Virus record (IMG/VR): IMGVR_UViG_2648501669_000002
Location: 1 to 27,386 of that record
Reading direction: 5' to 3' (one strand)
Length of the DNA: 27,386 nt
DNA from: a virus
Lineage: Duplodnaviria; Heunggongvirae; Uroviricota; Caudoviricetes
The translations under genes and the position numbers were made by a program. The notes under the pieces are model-generated. The model was not told where the DNA came from. It did no database searches and was given only the letters and a program-made list of their open reading frames with translations. Every line of letters starts with the position of its first letter. Position 1 is the stretch's first letter. Positions 21,450 through 27,386 of this stretch are shown here, one piece after another.

Positions 21450-21637
21450 AAAGCCATCTGGGGGCCATTGATCGCAATGACCTTACCCGGATGCTGATCC
21501 TGCGCCGCCACTGGCTGCCCGGCGAGGATGACTCGCCGCAGTCACTGGCTGCCGCCGTCTGGCTGGATAACCACTACTGGGAAAATATGAGCATCGCCGT
21601 CAATAACGGCATTATCCGTGCTTTTAAGGGATCGTAA
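21156..21637 (+). CDS. Frameshift-extended chaperone product (gpE+E-prime / G-T analogue), about 160 aa
   Basis: Chaperone frame joined to the -1 frame at 21440-21446; the conserved position of this chaperone frameshift upstream of tape measure genes is established knowledge. Confidence 0.5.
21440..21446 (+). other. Programmed -1 ribosomal frameshift slippery heptamer A_AAA_AAA
   Basis: Read directly. The -1 frame stays open from the heptamer for about 64 codons to the TAA at 21635-21637, which overlaps the tape measure ATG (TAATG). Confidence 0.55.
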
Positions 21638-23733
21638 TGTCACAACAGCGCCTTGAATTACTTCTTGAACTGACAGACCGCCTGACAAGGCCGTTGCGTG
21701 CAGCCGGGCGACAGGTTCAGGGATTTGCTGCAACAAGTCGGGGAGCCTTTCGGGACATTGCTACCGGAGGCGCTGCGCTCTGGGGAGTGGGTGCAGCCAT
21801 TCAGGGGGCACTGATGCCAGCCATTGAAATGGACAGGGCGCTCGGTGAGGTGAAATCACTGGGCGTCGCAGAGTCCGGATTGCGTAAACTCAGCCGCGCC
21901 GCCGTTGATTTCACTATGGAATACGGCGGGGCTGCGCAGGATTTTGTGCGTGCTTCTTACGACATCCAGTCAGCCATTGCCGGGTTAACTGACGATGAGC
22001 TGTCCCGCTTCACCACCGCATCAGCAACGGTGGCAGCAGCAACCAAATCCAGCAGCCAGACCATTACCGCCTACATGGGCACCATGTACGGCATCTTTAA
22101 AGACCAGGCTGATGCCATGGGAAAAAGCAAATGGGTGGAGCAGGTCGCCGGGCAAACCGCCACCGCCGTGCAAATGTTTAAAACAACCGGCGATAACATG
22201 TCAGCAGCGTTCACCACGCTGGGTGCCAGTGCAAAAGCGGCCGGTATTGATGCGGCTGAACAGTTCGCCGTGCTGGGACAACTACAGGCCACAATGAGTG
22301 GCAGCGAGGCCGGGACAAAATACAAGGCATTTCTTGCCGCAGTAGGCAGCGCCCAGAAAAAGCTGGGGCTTAATTTCGTGAATAAAGACGGCACGATGAA
22401 AAGTGTTGTCGAGATCATGAAACTTATCAGGGGTAAATTTGGTGATCTGTCAAAAGTGGCTGATTCCGATTTGCTGAAAAGCGCCTTTGGCTCCGATGAA
22501 GCTGTGGCCATGATTAAATTACTCAATGCGGACATTGGCGGACTTGAAAAGAATATCGCCACGCTGGGCAATATCAAAGGTATGGATAAGGCTGTCGAAA
22601 TGGCGCAGGCCATGGCTGATCCATGGGAACAGGCCGCCGCAATTATTAACGGCATTCGCATCGAAATCGGCACGCAGTTGCTGCCTGTTCTGTACCCGTT
22701 TATCCAGAAAAGCAACGAAGGCGGTAAATCCTTTGTTGCCTGGTTACGTCTGTATCCCAATATCACACGGGCTATTGGTTTACTGTCTGCCGCCCTGCTG
22801 GGCATTGCCGCAGTGGGTGCCGTTGTCAACATTATGGTGGGTGTGGCGAAGTTTGTCTGGACAGGACTGCGGCTGGTCTGGCTGGCAGCAGTTGCACCCC
22901 TGAAGATTCTCATTCTGCTGAAACGCACACTGACGGCTACCATGTGGGCGTTCACTGTAGTTGCCCGAACGGTCAGGGCGCTGTATCTGGCCATGTCCAT
23001 TGCTATGGGAACATACAACGTCAAAGCAAAAATTCAGCTGGCGCTGCTGAAATTACAGCGCGCCGGACTCTGGCTTTATTCTGTTGCGCTGGGTGCCGCC
23101 GGCATAGCAATGAAAATCTACACCGCAGTCACCAGCGGAGCTGCAATTGCAACACAGTTACTTTTCAGCCCCATCACATTAATCATCCTGGCACTGGCTG
23201 CGCTGGGCGTGGGCATTTATTTCCTGATCACCCGCTGGGATGAGATTAAAGCCGCGCTGATGGATACCGCCGCCTTTCAGTGGGTGGCTGAAATGGTCGG
23301 CAGTATGGGGGCATGGTTCGGCAATGCATGGAACACAATCCAGGACGGCTGGAATGCACTGGTTAACTATTTTTCCACGCATTCACCTCTGGACGCCCTG
23401 AAGGATATCGCCGGCGGCATCCTGAACATTTTCAGTAACCTCTGGGAACTGGTGAAACAGTCCTTCAGTGATTCATGGGGCTGGATTGTAGGCAAGCTCA
23501 ACATGATCCCCGGCGTCAATATCGACACACCGGAAAGCACAGGAAGTGGCGAAGGCTCCGTATTAACCGGCGGCAAAGCCATCAGTGCGGGACCGGGCGG
23601 CATTGCGGCAGAGATGCAGAACAACAGCGAAAACCAGACCACCATCGACAACTCCCGTCGTGTGGTTAACGTCAATGTGCAGGATCCATCCCCTGCCCGT
23701 CTTAACGAGTGGATGGAGCTGCATGCATACTGA
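21637..23733 (+). CDS. Tail tape measure protein
   Basis: Track ORF of 698 aa; alpha-helical, Ala/Gly-rich sequence with hydrophobic segments in the C-terminal half; directly after the chaperone frameshift. Confidence 0.8.
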   Translation: MSQQRLELLLELTDRLTRPLRAAGRQVQGFAATSRGAFRDIATGGAALWGVGAAIQGALMPAIEMDRALGEVKSLGVAESGLRKLSRAAVDFTMEYGGAAQDFVRASYDIQSAIAGLTDDELSRFTTASATVAAATKSSSQTITAYMGTMYGIFKDQADAMGKSKWVEQVAGQTATAVQMFKTTGDNMSAAFTTLGASAKAAGIDAAEQFAVLGQLQATMSGSEAGTKYKAFLAAVGSAQKKLGLNFVNKDGTMKSVVEIMKLIRGKFGDLSKVADSDLLKSAFGSDEAVAMIKLLNADIGGLEKNIATLGNIKGMDKAVEMAQAMADPWEQAAAIINGIRIEIGTQLLPVLYPFIQKSNEGGKSFVAWLRLYPNITRAIGLLSAALLGIAAVGAVVNIMVGVAKFVWTGLRLVWLAAVAPLKILILLKRTLTATMWAFTVVARTVRALYLAMSIAMGTYNVKAKIQLALLKLQRAGLWLYSVALGAAGIAMKIYTAVTSGAAIATQLLFSPITLIILALAALGVGIYFLITRWDEIKAALMDTAAFQWVAEMVGSMGAWFGNAWNTIQDGWNALVNYFSTHSPLDALKDIAGGILNIFSNLWELVKQSFSDSWGWIVGKLNMIPGVNIDTPESTGSGEGSVLTGGKAISAGPGGIAAEMQNNSENQTTIDNSRRVVNVNVQDPSPARLNEWMELHAY

Positions 23734-24073
23734 TAAACCGCTTTACATTGATTTGCTCATCACCGGCCGCAATCTCACGCTGAACAGCGCCAGTGAGCCG
23801 GTGTTATGCAACAACAGGGAAAGTATTGCCCAGGACTGCCAGCACGCCATCATTGAGAGCGGACTGGCAACGCGCCTGCTGGCTGAAAAAAGCCCGACAC
23901 TTCGTGCTGACATCATGATGCAGATGACGCTGCTGATTGAAGATGATGAGCGCATCACACCCGGCACGGTCAGTGTGACAGAAGAAACCCCGCTTTCTGG
24001 TCGCCTGCTGATTAGCGCCCACACCGAAGATTTTTTTGAACCCCTGACTTTTACGGTATCTCTTGATGATTAA
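23723..24073 (+). CDS. Baseplate wedge protein, gpW/gp25-like (116 aa)
   Basis: In-frame Met 47 of track ORF 23585..24073, overlapping the tape measure end by 11 nt; length matches P2 gpW (115 aa); loose similarity to the gpW C-terminal pattern (from memory). Confidence 0.5.
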   Translation: MHTDKPLYIDLLITGRNLTLNSASEPVLCNNRESIAQDCQHAIIESGLATRLLAEKSPTLRADIMMQMTLLIEDDERITPGTVSVTEETPLSGRLLISAHTEDFFEPLTFTVSLDD

Positions 24074-25250
24074 CGGCAAACCCACCGCAGATTACGAGCG
24101 CATTCTGGCTGATAACGGCATGCCGGTAACCGAAGAACAGGCACGCGCTGAATTTGAAGCCATTGTCAAAGACGAAGGGCTTATCACCAACACATCCCGC
24201 ATGTCGCCGTTCTGGCGACTGATTACAGCTATCACCACAAAACCCGTGATGTGGCTGAAAGATGCGCTGGTTAATGTGGTGATGAAAAACCTGTTTCTGG
24301 CTGATGCCAGCGGTGTATTCGTTGATGTTTTTGCCTGGGCGGTAAACCTGCAACGCAAGGCCGCCACGCACGCAGCCGGCGTGATTCGTTTCACCAAAAA
24401 CGACATTGATCGCGCAGTTACCGTGCCGGCCGGTACGCAGATTCAGACAGAACGCATTAACGGCGTGATTTATACGCTGACCGTTGTCAGGGATACCGTT
24501 ATTCCGGCAGGAACACTCAGCATGAACATCGATGTTTCTGCAGAACAGGCCGGAGCCGGCTTTAACCTTGCGCCGGGATATTACCGCATCCTTCCGGTGG
24601 CGATTGATGGTATTGCCGGTGTTGAGAACGATGAAAACTGGCTGACCACACCGGGTGCCAACGAAGAAAGCGATGACGAGCTGCGTGATCGTGTTCGTAA
24701 TCAGTTTAATCTTGCCGGCGCTTATCACACCGATGCCGTTTACCGGGGATTAATTGCCGGCGTTGCCGGCATCAGTGCCGACCGCATCTATTTTCTGCAT
24801 GACGCACCACGCGGCCCCGGCACAGCAAATGCTTACATTCTGCTGGATACCGGCATCGCATCCGAACCGTTCGTTGATGCAGTAAACGCATTCATTAACG
24901 ATGAAGGTCATCACGGACACGGTGATGATCTGCGCTGTTTTTCCATGCCTGAAACACGCCACACCCTGACCGTGACACTCTGGTTATATGCAACGCTGAA
25001 CCTCAGCGATGAGGAAATTCAGACGTTATTGCGCAATGTGGAAAATCTGGTTCGCTGTGCATTTCGAGAAAACAGCGATTATGACGTTCAGAAAACATGG
25101 CCGTATAGCCGTTTCAGCATGTCCAGACTGGGCGAAGAGATCCACCAGGTATTTCCACAGGTGGAGTCGGTTACATTTTCTCTTCCGGATATTCTCAGTG
25201 ATCTGGCTGTTCCTCGTCTGGAATCCCTTACTGTGGAGGTGAGCGCATGA
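24063..25250 (+). CDS. J: Baseplate J-like protein (gpJ / gp47 family)
   Basis: Track ORF of 395 aa overlapping the W-like gene; position and general sequence character fit the baseplate J family. Confidence 0.7.
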   Translation: MMINGKPTADYERILADNGMPVTEEQARAEFEAIVKDEGLITNTSRMSPFWRLITAITTKPVMWLKDALVNVVMKNLFLADASGVFVDVFAWAVNLQRKAATHAAGVIRFTKNDIDRAVTVPAGTQIQTERINGVIYTLTVVRDTVIPAGTLSMNIDVSAEQAGAGFNLAPGYYRILPVAIDGIAGVENDENWLTTPGANEESDDELRDRVRNQFNLAGAYHTDAVYRGLIAGVAGISADRIYFLHDAPRGPGTANAYILLDTGIASEPFVDAVNAFINDEGHHGHGDDLRCFSMPETRHTLTVTLWLYATLNLSDEEIQTLLRNVENLVRCAFRENSDYDVQKTWPYSRFSMSRLGEEIHQVFPQVESVTFSLPDILSDLAVPRLESLTVEVSA

Positions 25251-25882
25251 AACTTCCGGAGATCCCTGAATTCCCGCTCCCCACCTGGATGAATAAAGGT
25301 GAGCCGTTAACGCTGGCACATTCATCGCATCGCTACTGGGAAAAGGTATACAGCTGGCTGACGTGGCCACTACAGCAGATTGATGTCGACACCTGCGCAG
25401 AGCCTTTACTTAACCTGCTGGCTTATCAGCGCAATATCACCCGATTTAAAGGTGAGCCGGTTTCATTATTTCGCTTAAGAGTGAAACACGCGTTTATTAA
25501 CGCTCAGGACTCTGGCGAACGCGCCGGCTTCGAACGCATCTTTAAGCGTCTTGGCGTGGGAGACGTTAAAACACTGGAACGGCAACTGCAGCATGACTGG
25601 GACGTTATTTTACTGCGCATTAATGACACCCAGTTAAGTGAAAACAACGCGCTGATGATGCAGCTCGTGCGCCAGTATGGTCGTACCTGCAGGCGCTATT
25701 TCTTTCAGGTAATCAATACAACCACTGCCCGGATGACAGCCGGCACATTCGATGGCCATTACAGGTATCACACAGCAGAAGCAACGGTGAGAAAGGACAC
25801 CATCTGGTTAACCGCTTCGCTACAGGCAGGACATTACGGCCTGTCCGTGGAACATTACACATTACAGGCAGATGAAGCATGA
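25247..25882 (+). CDS. I: Tail protein I-like (gpI family)
   Basis: Track ORF of 211 aa overlapping the J stop and the tail-fibre start; conserved J-I-H order. Confidence 0.65.
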   Translation: MKLPEIPEFPLPTWMNKGEPLTLAHSSHRYWEKVYSWLTWPLQQIDVDTCAEPLLNLLAYQRNITRFKGEPVSLFRLRVKHAFINAQDSGERAGFERIFKRLGVGDVKTLERQLQHDWDVILLRINDTQLSENNALMMQLVRQYGRTCRRYFFQVINTTTARMTAGTFDGHYRYHTAEATVRKDTIWLTASLQAGHYGLSVEHYTLQADEA

Positions 25883-27386
25883 GCACGATTATTACTGAAC
25901 AGTACGAACACTGGTGCGCAAATCAAATCATCAGCGGAAAAGCTGCGCGCCCGGATACATTTGTTTTTGCATATATTCCGGGACAGGATGAATCCGCAGA
26001 GATCCCCCGCGATGAGATACTCCCTGATGAATCCATGATTCAGTATCGTGCGCCGGTCACCCAGTACGGCCTCCTGTCGCCGAACGCGACCGCGTTTTCC
26101 ATCATTCTGGACACGACAGTCGGCGACTTCGAATACAACTGGATCGGTCTGCTGAACGAAGAAAGCGGCGTGCTCTGCATGATTGCACACACACCTCGTC
26201 AGCAAAAAATTAAAACAGCGAACGGCGTGCAGGGAAACAACCTGATCCGCACATTTTCCATGGAGTTTGACGGCGCAGCCGCAGCAATGCATATCGATGT
26301 CAGCGCTGATGTCTGGCAGATTGATTTCACTGCACGCCTTGCAGGAATGGATGAGGCCCGCCGGCTGCTGGCGTTTGATCACTACGGTGAAGCCGCTTTT
26401 CTGGGGGATGGTTTTCAGGTCAGCTATCAGGACGGTACCGCTACTGTTGCCGCCGGCGTGGGGTATGTGGGAGGTCTGCGCGTCAGTCTGCGCGAACCTT
26501 ACAGCCTGCCGGCTGCGGTCGGGGATACCCTCTGGATTGATGCAAGCTGGCAGGGATTTGTTACCGGCGAATGGAATACCGTTTTTACGTTCTGCGCCCG
26601 CCAGGAACATGCGTCTTATACAGACGGTAACGGCTTCCGACACTTTGTCGCGCCACTTGCAAAAATGACAGGAGACGGCCCACAGGACCTGCGCCCGGAG
26701 ACACCCGACGAAGAACAAAGCAATGCACTGGCAGAGCACGAAAAATCCCGCCATCATCCGGACGCAACACTGAAGGAGAAAGGCTTTGCGCAGTACAGCA
26801 ACGCCACCGACAGCGACGCAGAAGACCGCGCCGCCACATCAAAGGCAGTAAAAGCCGCAATGGATAAAGCAAAAGACGCTGTTGAGCGCGACGGCGACAC
26901 CATGACCGGGGAGCTGAAAATCCGTGGTGTTAATGCACTGAGGATTTTCAACGAAGCTTTTGGCCTGATTTTTCGTCGTTCTGAAGAGTGCCTGCATCTT
27001 ATTCCCACCCGGGAAAATCAGGGCGAAAACGGCGATATTGGCCCCCTGCGTCCGTTCACTATTAATTTGCGGACGGGTGAAATATCCATGTCGCATAAAG
27101 TGTCTGTTGGCGGTGGTTCTCAGGTCAATGGTGCGCTGGGTATCGGCGTTCAGAACGCGCTGGGTGGAAACTCAATTGCTTTCGGGGATAACGATACCGG
27201 CCTGAAACAGAATGGTGATGGCCTGCTGGATGTTTATGCCAATAGCGTGCATGTGTTGCGTTTTCAGGCTGGCAGTATCCAGAGTAATAAACCTGTAAAC
27301 GTTACCGGGCGGGTAACACCGTCAGACTACGGAAACTTTGATGCCCGTTACCAGACCAAATCAGGGGGCGTGCAGGATGTGCGTTA
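25879..27386 (+). CDS. H: Tail fibre protein, gpH-like (partial, continues past the window end)
   Basis: Not in the track because no stop occurs in-window. ATG at 25879 overlaps the gpI stop (ATGA); the frame stays open to 27386. Contains AEHEKSRHHPDATLKEKGFAQYSNATDS...ATSKAVKAAMDKA, matching the conserved P2 gpH motif (AEHEQSRRHPDASLTAKGFTQLSSATNS...ATPKAVKAAYDLA, from memory). Confidence 0.75.
   Translation, partial: MSTIITEQYEHWCANQIISGKAARPDTFVFAYIPGQDESAEIPRDEILPDESMIQYRAPVTQYGLLSPNATAFSIILDTTVGDFEYNWIGLLNEESGVLCMIAHTPRQQKIKTANGVQGNNLIRTFSMEFDGAAAAMHIDVSADVWQIDFTARLAGMDEARRLLAFDHYGEAAFLGDGFQVSYQDGTATVAAGVGYVGGLRVSLREPYSLPAAVGDTLWIDASWQGFVTGEWNTVFTFCARQEHASYTDGNGFRHFVAPLAKMTGDGPQDLRPETPDEEQSNALAEHEKSRHHPDATLKEKGFAQYSNATDSDAEDRAATSKAVKAAMDKAKDAVERDGDTMTGELKIRGVNALRIFNEAFGLIFRRSEECLHLIPTRENQGENGDIGPLRPFTINLRTGEISMSHKVSVGGGSQVNGALGIGVQNALGGNSIAFGDNDTGLKQNGDGLLDVYANSVHVLRFQAGSIQSNKPVNVTGRVTPSDYGNFDARYQTKSGGVQDVR

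Noticed and set aside
22071-23024. 317-aa minus-strand ORF inside the tape measure gene (likewise 18031..18942, 25855..26757, 12632..13276, 4046..4774 and other long ORFs opposite confident genes)
   Set aside because: They lie antisense to or out of frame within confidently assigned structural genes in GC-rich DNA, where long spurious ORFs are common. Their translations are Ser/Arg/Cys/Ala-rich and low in complexity, and none has a start-site context.
1-27386. CRISPR arrays, rRNA, tRNA, integrase or transposase genes
   Set aside because: No regularly spaced direct repeats, no rRNA/tRNA-like sequence and no tyrosine-recombinase or transposase-like ORF were seen; integration machinery, if present, lies outside this window.

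Overview
The window is almost entirely a P2-like (peduovirus-type) temperate phage or prophage-like element, read here by eye from the six-frame translations with no database search run. Left to right: (1) a rightward block of small early/accessory genes (1.4-5.6 kb) preceded by a strongly AT-rich insert (about 120-930) carrying a convergent, overlapping gene pair and a palindromic operator-like site; this block includes a small membrane protein translationally coupled to an SPFH/band-7 lipoprotein. (2) A rolling-circle replication initiator of the P2 gpA type (5609-8434). (3) An accessory interval between gpA and the portal gene, which is where P2 itself carries tin/old as I recall: a ParM/ParR actin-type segregation pair with upstream palindromic repeats, then an AT-richer two-gene cassette (uncharacterised 128-aa protein plus winged-HTH protein) that I consider the best candidate for an undescribed toxin-antitoxin or defence-like module. 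(4) An Ogr/Delta-type zinc-finger late activator immediately downstream of the portal gene. (5) The canonical divergent P2 head module (Q and P leftward; O, N, M, L rightward). (6) A contractile-tail module in a non-P2 order: R/S-like completion genes, sheath-like and tube-like genes, an embedded holin plus M15-peptidase lysis cassette, a tail chaperone with a -1 frameshift at A_AAA_AAA, tape measure, W/J/I-like baseplate genes and a tail fibre that runs off the window end. No rRNA, tRNA or CRISPR array was seen. Coordinates of CDS come from the supplied ORF track, with starts refined by in-frame Met position and Shine-Dalgarno context.
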